A stretch of 64,000 nucleotides of DNA from Coraliomargarita sp. (lineage in GTDB: Bacteria; Verrucomicrobiota; Verrucomicrobiia; Opitutales; Coraliomargaritaceae): assembly GCA_965216325.1 (NCBI GenBank), contig OZ244160.1, forward strand, positions 128,001-192,000. The letters are read 5' to 3'. Shown piece by piece: positions 26,904 through 37,838 of this stretch. The notes beneath the pieces were generated by a model. That model was not told the DNA's origin. It saw only the letters and a program-made list of their open reading frames with translations, and searched no databases. Made by a program: the position numbers and the translations under genes. Positions within the stretch are counted from its first letter, which is position 1; the number at the start of each line of letters is the position of its first letter.

Positions 26904-27875
26904 CTAACGGGGCGGTTCGACTTTGAGGACTTCGAGCACTGCCATATAGACTTCGTCGAGTGAGATCGAACCCATGTTGCCATCTGCACGGCGAATGATA
27001 CGTTGCTGCTCGGGCATGGAAGGGTAGGGCCCAAATCGTTCGGGAAGCGTTGGGCCAAAGAGTGTAACCAGCGGGCGCCTGAGTGAGGCAGCTAGATGCA
27101 TAGGGCCACTGTCATTACTGACGATACAGTCTGCTGAGCGCATCAGCTCAGGCAATTGGTCGATTGATGTTTTCTCAGTCAGATTGATGAAGCGATCTGA
27201 GTTCAAGGCTGTTTCCGGTTGGACCAGTTGGTGTCCGCACCAGATGACTTGGCCGATTTCATCCCGTTTAAGTAATTCGCGTGTGAGCGCTTCATAGTCC
27301 GACCAATTTTTCTCCGCACGACGGCTTTCCGGGAAAATAACAACACGCTTCGCTCCGTTTCCGGGGGCTATCAGTTTTAGGGGACTACGTGCAGGCTTGA
27401 ATTCGATTCTATGCGAAAGTGTAGACTCCAGCCCTAGCATTGGCAGGAAGCCTGACAAGATCGTTGCGGCGTGTGTGGGCGAGTCTTTGCTGAGTTTGGT
27501 GGTGAGCTCGTTGTAAGCGAGCCTTGCGCCCTCGCGGGCATCCGAGCGGCCTAATTTTCGTGGGGCTTTGGCGGCTGCTGTAAGGATGCCTGAGCGTGCC
27601 AGCCCTTGTAGGTCGAGCACTGCGTCGTAGGACTGCTCCCGAATCTCATGGACCAGACGTTTGAATCCTTTGAGGCCTCCTTTTCGTTCAAAGATATATG
27701 TGCGATTGATCGCCTTGGCTGAGTGAACGACATCGGCAAATTCTTTGCGCACGACCCAATCAATTTTTACCTCCGGCAGTTGGTTGTGAATCGCTTGTGC
27801 GACCAGTAGCCCATGAATAATGTCGCCTAGGGAGGAGGGCTTAATGATGAGGATTTGCTTCAAGGTGTTTAACAA
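26904..27875 (-). CDS. ADP-heptose:LPS heptosyltransferase, GT9 (WaaC-like)
   Basis: IKPSSLGDIIH, DLQGLARS, SNDSGPMHLA, LFGPT. Confidence 0.92.
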   Translation of the reverse strand: MLNTLKQILIIKPSSLGDIIHGLLVAQAIHNQLPEVKIDWVVRKEFADVVHSAKAINRTYIFERKGGLKGFKRLVHEIREQSYDAVLDLQGLARSGILTAAAKAPRKLGRSDAREGARLAYNELTTKLSKDSPTHAATILSGFLPMLGLESTLSHRIEFKPARSPLKLIAPGNGAKRVVIFPESRRAEKNWSDYEALTRELLKRDEIGQVIWCGHQLVQPETALNSDRFINLTEKTSIDQLPELMRSADCIVSNDSGPMHLAASLRRPLVTLFGPTLPERFGPYPSMPEQQRIIRRADGNMGSISLDEVYMAVLEVLKVEPPR

Positions 27876-27877
27876 TT

Positions 27878-27905
27878 GTAGGGGCGTTGCGTGCGACGCC
27901 CGCAG
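27878..27905 (+). repeat. GTAG-type REP (GTAGGGGCG...CGCCCGCAG)
   Basis: GTAG foot plus GGGCG/CGCCC hairpin; second copy at 46329. Confidence 0.65.
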
Positions 27906-27930
27906 TGGGAAGGCTTTTCTGATGGGCGGG

Positions 27931-29349
27931 CTACGTTGAGCTAGTCAGGCCTTTGATTAACTTGTTCGAGAAACCTTCTGTCAACTCCGGCTGTTCGCTC
28001 CAGTTTCTCATGAAGCGGGCGTAGTCTTTGGCTTGGCCCTGGAGAAAGGCCTGATCTGAGAGCCCGAACGAAAGCGCGTCGAGGTCGAACAAGAGCGCCT
28101 GCCCCTGTGCATTCACCATCCAGTTGGTCGCTTTCAGATCGCGGTGGACCGCGCGAATTGCCCGCATCGAATCCCAGATTTCGGTAATGGAGGCAATGGT
28201 CTGTTGCTGCGCTTGAGCTGTGCGGTGGGTGGCCAAATAGTCGGGTAGGAGCTGCCCGTCGAGTTGTTCCATTAGCAGGTAGCAGCGGCCCCGGAGCCAG
28301 CCGTTCTGTTCCTCATACACGGCAACTGGTCGCGCGGTTGGGATGTTTGCCAGTAGCAGACACCAGGCATTCGACCAGCTTTTCCGTGCGCGTGACTCTT
28401 TGAAGTTGCGGCGAATGCGTGTAACGAGGGGCTTTAGGTTGTAGCGTTTTAGGACATAGGCCTTCGTGTCGAATTCAAAGCTTTGCACGGTGCAGGTGTT
28501 GCCGGACTTCAGGCGGGTCCCTTGTGCCATGAGTGCTTCCGGATTGGAAAAAAAGTGATCCACCAATTCGCGCTGGGCCGTTTTCGAGTAGAGCCCTTGA
28601 TGTGTGGAGTTGCTGCGAACACCATACTCTGTGCACTCTCGCTGTGTTTTTTGATAGTGCTTTCGCAGCCGTTTGCGATGGCTCTCGGTCGTGGCGGCTC
28701 TCAGTGCTGTCAGTTGTTCGGGCTGTTGGAGCGCCTGATGAAATGCTTTGAGCGCGGTGGGCGCTAGTGTTGCACAGAGAGCAGCGAGGTCTTCCAGGCG
28801 TTGTTTGCTGGTTAGGGGCGTGTTTGTAAAGCGAACGGTGCCGGCATCTAGAAGATACACGCGTGTTCCATCGTATGCCCAGTTGCCGATGTGCTGGTCG
28901 GTTTGGCGCGCACCCGCATCGTGCATCTGTTGCATGATCTGTGCGAGTTGCCCCATCACTTCAGCGGTTTCGGCTTCGTTGAGTTCACCGAGTAGCGTTT
29001 GCAGTGCTTGCGCGTGTTCGATGTAGCGCATGACTACCCATGTGGAGCCGTCGCTAGTGTTCTCCGCGATGAACAATGGTTGGGGCGCGGGTAGGTTTGC
29101 CTGATTCAGTTGCTTGAGCCCCGCCCATTCCAATCTGGAATCACGTTCCTGACGCTTGTGCGGTAGATAGCATTTGCTGACGATGGTCTGATTGCCTTCC
29201 AGCCAATGTCCTGCGTGCACCTCTCGCCGTCCGGGTAAGATGCGTAGTGCATCGCCTCGTTGCAGATTGACAGTGGTGCCCGCCGACACCGTGTCCACTG
29301 CGGATTCGCAGACTCGTAGTGAGAATGTGGATACAGTTGAGGTCGGCAT
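27931..29349 (-). CDS. Tandem two-domain LPS kinase
   Basis: Two kinase motif sets: QTDQHIGNW/LLDAG and HRDLKATNW/LFDLD; LKSGNTCTV. Confidence 0.85.
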   Translation of the reverse strand: MPTSTVSTFSLRVCESAVDTVSAGTTVNLQRGDALRILPGRREVHAGHWLEGNQTIVSKCYLPHKRQERDSRLEWAGLKQLNQANLPAPQPLFIAENTSDGSTWVVMRYIEHAQALQTLLGELNEAETAEVMGQLAQIMQQMHDAGARQTDQHIGNWAYDGTRVYLLDAGTVRFTNTPLTSKQRLEDLAALCATLAPTALKAFHQALQQPEQLTALRAATTESHRKRLRKHYQKTQRECTEYGVRSNSTHQGLYSKTAQRELVDHFFSNPEALMAQGTRLKSGNTCTVQSFEFDTKAYVLKRYNLKPLVTRIRRNFKESRARKSWSNAWCLLLANIPTARPVAVYEEQNGWLRGRCYLLMEQLDGQLLPDYLATHRTAQAQQQTIASITEIWDSMRAIRAVHRDLKATNWMVNAQGQALLFDLDALSFGLSDQAFLQGQAKDYARFMRNWSEQPELTEGFSNKLIKGLTSST

Positions 29350-29367
29350 TTGGCTTGTCTAGCTTGA

Positions 29368-29431
29368 TGGAGGGAAATGCTCCGTCATTTTCACTTGCAG
29401 TATGGCGGCAACGACGGAGCGTTGCCCTCCA
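29368..29431. repeat. REP doublet (REPIN), GGAG family
   Basis: TGGAGGGAAATGCTCCGTCATT ... GGCAACGACGGAGCGTTGCCCTCCA. Confidence 0.9.
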
Positions 29432-29459
29432 AATCAGGAATTTGGCTTAGGAGGCGCAT

Positions 29460-31367
29460 CTAGTTGAGGTGCTGTGATAAGGCTTTAAACACGGTTTCGG
29501 CGGAAATCTGATCGATGGGCATGCCGCCAGTTGCCGGACAGCCTTCGGGTTGCAGGATAGCTGCAGGCGCATCGAAAATGGGGCCGGTGCGCACCGGGTT
29601 TGTTGGTCCAAAGATGGCGACTACGGGCGTGCCGAGCATATTCGCGAGGTGCATGCCTCCGGTATCGTTGCACACAATCGCTCGGCAGTCGTGCAATCCG
29701 TCGCAAAATTCATCCAAGTTGGTTTTTCCGGCAAGGTTGGTCACGCGTGCTTCGGGGAAGCCTTTGGCGACCTCGCGTGTAATGGCGTCGTCGGCAGGTG
29801 TGCCAAACAGAAGTATCTCTACTTCAGGTGCGGATTCGATGATGCGTTCGACCAGTTGTCGCCAATGTGTAATCGGCCAGCGCTTCTCTGGTGAGTTTTC
29901 GGTGCCACAAATGAGGCCGACCTGCGGCGGTACACTGGCATCCTGCTTACGTGGTAGTGCTGTGGTGTCGAGCGGCTCGAGTAGTCCATAACGGCGCAAC
30001 ATCATTTCCCAGACTGCAGTCTGGTGGATCTTGGTTTCGTCGATGTCCTCCGGCAGTAGATAGGAGTCCGTTAGTAATGGGCGTTTTTTGCCGGGGCGTA
30101 ACATGCCGAAGCGCTGGTCACAGCGGGTTAAGAATGCTTCGAGATCGCTTCGGGCTGAGTTGGTGAAGAGTAAGTAGCAGTCGGGGTAGCGGCGACGTAG
30201 TTTGTAGAATTCGCGAAAGTAGCCAGCTCCTTGCTTGGGCAGTGCGATGAATTGATCGCCGACACCGAGCCGGTCAACAAGCGGTTTGAATGCGGCCTTG
30301 CCGATCAGAGTGATCTCCATGTCCGGGCGTCCAGCGCGAAGGGCACGGAGGAGGGGCAGGGCCATGACGACATCGCCCAGCCAGTTTGGCATGCGGATCC
30401 ACAGACGGGTCTTGCGGGGCACAGCCGAGCGGCCGAGGTAGCGGTTCTGCGCCTCGAGGTGGCTCTTTTTAGGGCTGATCTTGAAGCGCTTGACTGGGTT
30501 GTTCTGGTGGTCCCAGCGCATGTGTAACCAGAGCCAGTCCGCAGCACAGTTGAAGCCGCGCTGCAGGTGCTGCTCGAGTGCTTGGTGCCCGGCGATGGAG
30601 ACTTCCTCGACAGATTGTGGTTTGGGGAGTTGTTGGAGATGCAGGCGCGCACGCCAGAGCCCGATGCGTTCCGGAATCGCGATAAATACATCTGCGTCGA
30701 AGCGTTTGACGAGTAGGCCAGGCAGATCGGTGGCCGAGCAGACGCGATCCATGAAGGTGATCATGGAGCCCTTCTTGGATGCGTTTTGGTCGTAGAGCAC
30801 GGCGACGGTTTCACCTTCGCGCAGCGCCGCCATGGCCTGATTGAAACCATCGCGCTTGGAGAGCATATTTGCACCGAAGCGTGAGCGCTGTTCGCCCAGC
30901 CATGCATCGATTTTGGCTTGGTTGAGTGGGCGAAAGATGACGTTGACCTTGCTTTCGTAAGGAATCGCGCGTGGCAGCAGAATCATGGATTCCGCCATGC
31001 AGACATGTGGCAGGAGTAAGACGGATGCTTTCTTATTGTCTTTGTTCGACTCAAACCAGTCGTTGATACGCGTCTGCACCTCATCGTCAATTTGGAGCAC
31101 TCGGCTTAGGCGTTCCTCGCTAAAGTAAGCGGACGCGGCGACAAAGAGCCCCATCTCCACAGTGCGGGCGCAGGATTCATAATACAGTTTGCGGCGCCAT
31201 TGCTCCGTTTCTTCGGGATAGGCGTGGTGGAGACTGCGCAGGATATCGCGGCGGCGATGCGGCTGGGAGAGGCCGACAATCCGGCCCAAGCATATGCAGC
31301 CTGCCCGAACGATGGGCTCAGGTGCAGTGGCACAGACGCGACCAAGTAATTTAAGTAAGAAAAGCAC
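29460..31367 (-). CDS. Lipid A acyltransferase (LpxL/HtrB family) fused to GT9 heptosyltransferase (WaaF-like)
   Basis: N-terminal HX4E (HVCMAE), YDQNA, WLWLHMRW; C-terminal RMPNWLGDVVM, CNDTGGMHLA, IFGPT. Confidence 0.88.
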   Translation of the reverse strand: MLFLLKLLGRVCATAPEPIVRAGCICLGRIVGLSQPHRRRDILRSLHHAYPEETEQWRRKLYYESCARTVEMGLFVAASAYFSEERLSRVLQIDDEVQTRINDWFESNKDNKKASVLLLPHVCMAESMILLPRAIPYESKVNVIFRPLNQAKIDAWLGEQRSRFGANMLSKRDGFNQAMAALREGETVAVLYDQNASKKGSMITFMDRVCSATDLPGLLVKRFDADVFIAIPERIGLWRARLHLQQLPKPQSVEEVSIAGHQALEQHLQRGFNCAADWLWLHMRWDHQNNPVKRFKISPKKSHLEAQNRYLGRSAVPRKTRLWIRMPNWLGDVVMALPLLRALRAGRPDMEITLIGKAAFKPLVDRLGVGDQFIALPKQGAGYFREFYKLRRRYPDCYLLFTNSARSDLEAFLTRCDQRFGMLRPGKKRPLLTDSYLLPEDIDETKIHQTAVWEMMLRRYGLLEPLDTTALPRKQDASVPPQVGLICGTENSPEKRWPITHWRQLVERIIESAPEVEILLFGTPADDAITREVAKGFPEARVTNLAGKTNLDEFCDGLHDCRAIVCNDTGGMHLANMLGTPVVAIFGPTNPVRTGPIFDAPAAILQPEGCPATGGMPIDQISAETVFKALSQHLN

Positions 31368-31479
31368 TGGCGAAAATAAAGACGTGGTTCCCGAGCGAAG
31401 CGTTTAGATCGATCATTACAGAAGCCGAAGCTGTATTAGGAAGGATCGATGTTGAGACAGGCAATGCCAAATACGCGGC

Positions 31480-33528
31480 CTACTCGGCGGCTTGAGCCTG
31501 CTGCCAGCGTGCAAATTGATACTCAGGGGCATCGGGAAGTATGGTCTGGGTCGCCAGCGTAAGCAGTTCTAGAGCTGTGGTTTGGTGGCCCGTGGCAAAT
31601 TCGTGCTGTGCCATCCAGAATGCGGCTTCGCATAGGCGTGTCTGGGCAGCCTTGGGGCTGTTGGCGATGCCTGCTTGGTCGAGCACGGCCTTGCGGTCGA
31701 GCTGACCGCTGCAGTAGCCGTAGTAGTAGCCCAGCATGGCAGAGCCGTCGTTTCGTTCGGCTCTTGCTTGGAGTTGCTCGAGTGCGATGGCGCGGTTCAT
31801 TTCAGAGGATAAGATGTAGTCCAGATAGTAGGCCGATGTATTCGCGTTCGCTTTGGTGAGGCTAAAATACTGCTCCAGAGAGGCTCTGGCACTTTGCTTT
31901 TGGCCGATGGTATAGGCGAGCAGGCTGTGCAGGAGTTGTAGGCTTGCGTTATCTGCCTGACTGGTCGCTGCCTGAGCGATATTGGCTTCCGCATCGCTGA
32001 GTTTGCCGAGTTGCAGTTGAGTGAGCCCGAGCGCGTAGATCAGGGCTGAATTTTCAGGGTCCAGTTGCAGTGCATTTTCGTAGTCATAATAGGCGCCTTC
32101 CAGATCGCCTAATTTCCTGAGCAGTGAACCGCGCAGTCCGCGTGTCTCGATCTGGCGCGGGTTGATCGCCAGCGATTCGTTAAACGCACTGAGTGCGAGT
32201 GCGGTTTGGCCTTCGGCTTGATGGGCACGCCCGAGCATTGCCCAGACTTCGGCGTTGGGTGCGATTTGGTTGATGGCGTAGGCTTCGAGTAGTGGGATCG
32301 CTCGGGGCATCTCATTGGCTTTGAGTAGGATGCGACAGGCAGCGATTGCTTCCTCGCTGTCTTCGGGCTTAAAGCCGTGGTCGAGGGCACGCAGCACTTC
32401 CGCGATCGCCTGTTCGTCGCGCTTGAGCTTGTCGTGGCAGAGTCCATGGTAAAAGAGCAGTGAGCTGTGCAGGGCAGTTTGTTCCTCCGGCACGAGTTCC
32501 AAGGCTTCTTCAAATTTGGCGCGTGCGGTGCCGGCCCGTCCTTTTGCCAGAGCCGCGCGTCCTTCTAGATAGAGTGCGATGTCGGCGAGTTCGGGCTGTG
32601 CCGCGATGGGGTCGATGATCTTCTCTAATGAATCCCACTGCTCGGTGCTGGCATAGATCGAGGCGAGCGTGATTAAAACTTCGAGATTCTCCGGTTGTTG
32701 GCCGTTCAGACTGCGTAACTCTTCAATCGCTTCGTCACTATCACCGATCTGGGTGAGGAAGCGAGCCCGCACCAAGCGCAGTTGGGTCAGGCGTTGGAAG
32801 TTGGCTTCGCCGGTTTGCCCTTGGTGCACGGCAATCGCCTCGTCAATGGCTTGAAGTGCCTCGTTGTTTTCGCGCTTTTCGGCCGCGAGGTGGGCTTTTT
32901 CCAGATAGGCCTCACTGGCGAGGTGTAGGCTTAGGCCTGGGGCATCGGGGTTGGCGAGGTAATTATTGTTAAAGGCTTCAGCGGCGGCATCCCAATCGCC
33001 GTCGGCCATTCGCAGCAGACCGAGTAATTTATTCGCGGTGCGGGTGTCTTTACTCTGTGGCGCTGACTGGGCGATGACTTGTTCGATCAAGCCGACGGCT
33101 TCTTCGTGCTGTTCGAGGTTCACGAGCACCAGCGCCTTCAGCAGTAGAGTTTGCGCATCGTCGGGTGCCAGTTCGAGCGCCTGATCGGCGAGTTGTAGGG
33201 CGGTTGCCCCATCGCCCTGATCGAGCTTAATGCGGCTTTTTAATTTTAACGCGGGTAGATAGTCCGGGGCGATGCGGAGGATCTGGTTGGCGCCGTTTTC
33301 GGCTCCGCGTAAGTCGCCAATCAGGTAATTCCCCTCGGCCAGCCCGTAGTAGAGCTTGGCGCGCGACAGTGTGGGGTCCTGCTTGTCTGCAGCAGCTAGT
33401 GGGCTTAGCAGTGCGAGGCCGCTTAATAGGGCGATTGAGAGGCGACGTTTGGATGCTTCGCCAGCGAGCGGTATACCGCGCGCGCGCAAGTGGGGAAGGG
33501 TGATAGGACTGAAAAAGCGCCTGAGCAT
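31480..33528 (-). CDS. Tetratricopeptide repeat protein, probably exported
   Basis: Many TPR-like helical repeats (ALELAPDD, ALQLDPEN); signal-like segment near the N-terminus; start uncertain. Confidence 0.85.
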   Translation of the reverse strand: MLRRFFSPITLPHLRARGIPLAGEASKRRLSIALLSGLALLSPLAAADKQDPTLSRAKLYYGLAEGNYLIGDLRGAENGANQILRIAPDYLPALKLKSRIKLDQGDGATALQLADQALELAPDDAQTLLLKALVLVNLEQHEEAVGLIEQVIAQSAPQSKDTRTANKLLGLLRMADGDWDAAAEAFNNNYLANPDAPGLSLHLASEAYLEKAHLAAEKRENNEALQAIDEAIAVHQGQTGEANFQRLTQLRLVRARFLTQIGDSDEAIEELRSLNGQQPENLEVLITLASIYASTEQWDSLEKIIDPIAAQPELADIALYLEGRAALAKGRAGTARAKFEEALELVPEEQTALHSSLLFYHGLCHDKLKRDEQAIAEVLRALDHGFKPEDSEEAIAACRILLKANEMPRAIPLLEAYAINQIAPNAEVWAMLGRAHQAEGQTALALSAFNESLAINPRQIETRGLRGSLLRKLGDLEGAYYDYENALQLDPENSALIYALGLTQLQLGKLSDAEANIAQAATSQADNASLQLLHSLLAYTIGQKQSARASLEQYFSLTKANANTSAYYLDYILSSEMNRAIALEQLQARAERNDGSAMLGYYYGYCSGQLDRKAVLDQAGIANSPKAAQTRLCEAAFWMAQHEFATGHQTTALELLTLATQTILPDAPEYQFARWQQAQAAE

Positions 33529-33793
33529 CGTGCATCATTGAAGGAGTTTTCGCTGGGTAGCAAGCAGCAGAGTTCCGGATACACAGCGGCCCGTTCAAAG
33601 TGACTTCGAACGGGCCGTTATGGTTATAGAGTGGTGAAGCGAGGTTGCTTCGCTGGCTCGAATGAGCAGCTAGTGGTAGGCTATGCCGTGAACCCTGCAG
33701 TGTAGGGCAGCTTTGAAAAGCGAATAGCGCAGCCTTTGGAGCGTTATTAGAATCCGTGAGCTTTGCTCGATCCTAGAAACAGTAATGCTTGTG

Positions 33794-34357
33794 CTAGATT
33801 TCGCGGAGTAGTTTAGCGGGCACGCCGCCGACCACTGTATTGGCCGGAACATCGCGGGTGACGACCGCGCCGGAGCCGACGATGGCATGATCACCGATAG
33901 AGACGCCGGGATTAATGATCGCACCTGCGCCGAGCCAGACGTTGTGGCCAATGGTAATGGGCTTGCCGAATTCGAGGCCTGCGCGACGTTCGGCGGGGTC
34001 TATGGGGTGTCCTGCAGCCAGAATGCTGACGCGTGGCCCGCAGAGACAGTCGTCGCCAATTCGCACTTCGCAGACGTCGAGAATGATCAGGTCGAAATTC
34101 GCGTAGAAGTTTTTACCGAGGTAAATGTTGCTCCCGTAGTCACAGCGGAATCCCGGCTCAATCATCGCTGGGCCCGCTAAGCCGCCGAGTAATTCGGTGA
34201 GGATTGCTTGTTGGTGCTGGCCGCGACTGGCGACATCTTGAGCGTAGCGCTGGCAAAGCTCTTTAGCTCGATGGCGCTCTGCCAGCAGTTGAGGATCGCT
34301 GGCATTGTAATACTCGCCAGCGAGCATCTTTTCTTTTTCGGACCGTTCGGTGCTCAT
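33794..34357 (-). CDS. maa: Sugar O-acetyltransferase (maltose acetyltransferase family)
   Basis: EKEKMLAGEYY, CDYGSNI, hexapeptide repeats, VVGGVPAK. Confidence 0.9.
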   Translation of the reverse strand: MSTERSEKEKMLAGEYYNASDPQLLAERHRAKELCQRYAQDVASRGQHQQAILTELLGGLAGPAMIEPGFRCDYGSNIYLGKNFYANFDLIILDVCEVRIGDDCLCGPRVSILAAGHPIDPAERRAGLEFGKPITIGHNVWLGAGAIINPGVSIGDHAIVGSGAVVTRDVPANTVVGGVPAKLLREI

Positions 34358-34388
34358 TGTGTTGTCGTGCTCCTGTCCGTTACGAAAG

Positions 34389-34424
34389 TCTGACCTCTGT
34401 CTTCTGGCCTCCGACTTCTGCCCC
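34389..34424. repeat. Heptamer-periodic repeat (TCTGACC/TCTGTCT/TCCGACT)
   Basis: TCTGACCTCTGTCTTCTGGCCTCCGACTTCTGCCC; related tracts at 41598-41628, 45227-45332 and 46831-46873. Confidence 0.75.
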
Positions 34425-36149
<1,725 letters not shown>

Positions 36150-36160
36150 TGGGTTTGGAG

Positions 36161-36242
36161 AATCTTAATCGTAATCTTACTCTTAATCCTAATCAATCAA
36201 TGTGCCGTAGATTAAGATTATGATTAGGAGTAAGATTAAGAT
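36161..36242. repeat. Hexamer-periodic inverted-repeat element, copy 3
   Basis: AATCTTAATCGTAATCTTACTCTTAATCCTAATC ... GATTAAGATTATGATTAGGAGTAAGATTAAGAT. Confidence 0.9.
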
Positions 36243-36308
36243 GCTGAGTGTTCCGCGTTTTATTGACGCTCATTGCGGATCGGGCAACTCAGAATCTCGG
36301 GCAGATGT

Positions 36309-36692
36309 CTACTCCCAGTAATCGTCGCCGTAATCGAAGAAGATTTCCTCACCGGGCTCGATGGTGCGCAGGGCTTCGAAACGTGCGGTTTTCCAGCGGC
36401 TGGAGACCACCAGAAAGGCATTCGGCTCGTCGCTGTGATTGATGAAGCGTGTATAGTTGGAGCCTTCGCCCTCGCCGTCGATGATGTGCGTTTTGCAAAC
36501 CCAGAGCACATAGGCGTTAAAGGGGCGGTCTTCGCGGTAGAATTCCTCCTCGTCGATGATCTTGCCCGTGTAATAGCCGATCGTGTCTTCCTCTGTAATC
36601 CGCACCTTGGCAAACAAGCCACGGCCTGCTCCCTCGATGGAGGAGGTTTTCACTTCGAAGGCGTCTTCAGTCCATTTCTTCGGTTTTGGCAT
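36309..36692 (-). CDS. SET domain protein (lysine methyltransferase family)
   Basis: GAGRGLFA, RFINHS, GEEIFFDYG. Confidence 0.93.
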   Translation of the reverse strand: MPKPKKWTEDAFEVKTSSIEGAGRGLFAKVRITEEDTIGYYTGKIIDEEEFYREDRPFNAYVLWVCKTHIIDGEGEGSNYTRFINHSDEPNAFLVVSSRWKTARFEALRTIEPGEEIFFDYGDDYWE

Positions 36693-36747
36693 CGCGGCTC
36701 GGATTGTAGGATTGCAGTGCTAATGCGGATAATTAGAAAGCCAACAA

Positions 36748-37770
36748 ATGAACGGGGGATTGCAAAAGTTTATTCAGGCTTTGTTGGGGCTTGGAATCGT
36801 TGCTTCGGCACAGGCGTTTGACGCGACCGTTGCCCATGATGCTGGCACGGTGACCATTTCGTGGCCGTCGATTGCCGGTAAGCAGTATCAAGTCTATGCC
36901 AACGATCAATTGCCAGTCGGCACTAGCAATCCAGTTGGCACATGGCTGGTCGGTGACGACAGCGCACTTGAGCGCGATGACAGCATCACTGGGAATGCCA
37001 AGCAGTTTTACTCGGTTGTCCAGCGTGACGATTTTGAGATTGATGTCGCTGGTGCAGGCTATGGCACAGCTGGAAATAACTGGACCTATTCTATTCTTGA
37101 TGAGCGTCGCACCGGCAGCCCCACGAGCACGCCTACCGTCACCAACTACACCGCAACTTACACGGTCCAGCCCGGTTTGCTGACGCTTGATTCGGCAGAT
37201 GCTGGTGTCACGGCGAACTGGGACGGCGCTCAGGTGGTGTTGGTGAGTGCGACGAGCATCGATAATCCTACATGGTCACAGCAGGTGTATCTGAGTTCTG
37301 ACTTTAGCAACGGCGTTTATCAAGTTGGTGGGGTGCGCTCCGCGACGGAGCAGGATTTTCCGGGAGTGTTTACCAACACGGGTGCTGCGCCATTGTTGTT
37401 GGCCAATTTCACGCCCGGCGCGGTTGTCCAAGCGAATTATACCAACACGAACTACGGTGCGGTTACGAATACCATTCAGCACGATATCGTTCAATATACA
37501 TTACCTGGTGCAAGTGAGCCCTCTGATGCGATTCGTGTGACTTCAGTGTCTGGGGCGGAGACGTTTGTCCAACGAGATTTCGGTATAATTTTTGGAGGGG
37601 TGATAGACGTTGAAGTTTCGATTAGCTCTACAGTAATTGATACCTATGTTGACGAGGTAGGTCTGGTAGAGAAAATCATTGATGTAGATGTTACAGATAT
37701 CAGTGGTCTGGGTGCTGCTCCAGAATTCATCGACGTCACGATCCAGTTGCAAAGCTACAACGTGAACTAA
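36748..37770 (+). CDS. Hypothetical secreted beta-rich protein
   Basis: Signal peptide ending AQA; ISWPSIAGKQYQV...QFYSV module; Thr/Val-rich. Confidence 0.7.
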   Translation: MNGGLQKFIQALLGLGIVASAQAFDATVAHDAGTVTISWPSIAGKQYQVYANDQLPVGTSNPVGTWLVGDDSALERDDSITGNAKQFYSVVQRDDFEIDVAGAGYGTAGNNWTYSILDERRTGSPTSTPTVTNYTATYTVQPGLLTLDSADAGVTANWDGAQVVLVSATSIDNPTWSQQVYLSSDFSNGVYQVGGVRSATEQDFPGVFTNTGAAPLLLANFTPGAVVQANYTNTNYGAVTNTIQHDIVQYTLPGASEPSDAIRVTSVSGAETFVQRDFGIIFGGVIDVEVSISSTVIDTYVDEVGLVEKIIDVDVTDISGLGAAPEFIDVTIQLQSYNVN

Positions 37771-37838
37771 TGGGAAGGGCACATTATCCTTAACGTGCCG
37801 CAGTTCTCTGGGGCGGTTCTCAATAGGGATATCGAAGC

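Noticed and set aside
33587..33617. Hairpin CGGCCCGTTC..GAACGGGCCG as a REP
   Set aside because: Single copy with no GTAG/GGAG foot; may be a terminator but lacks a clear U-tract.
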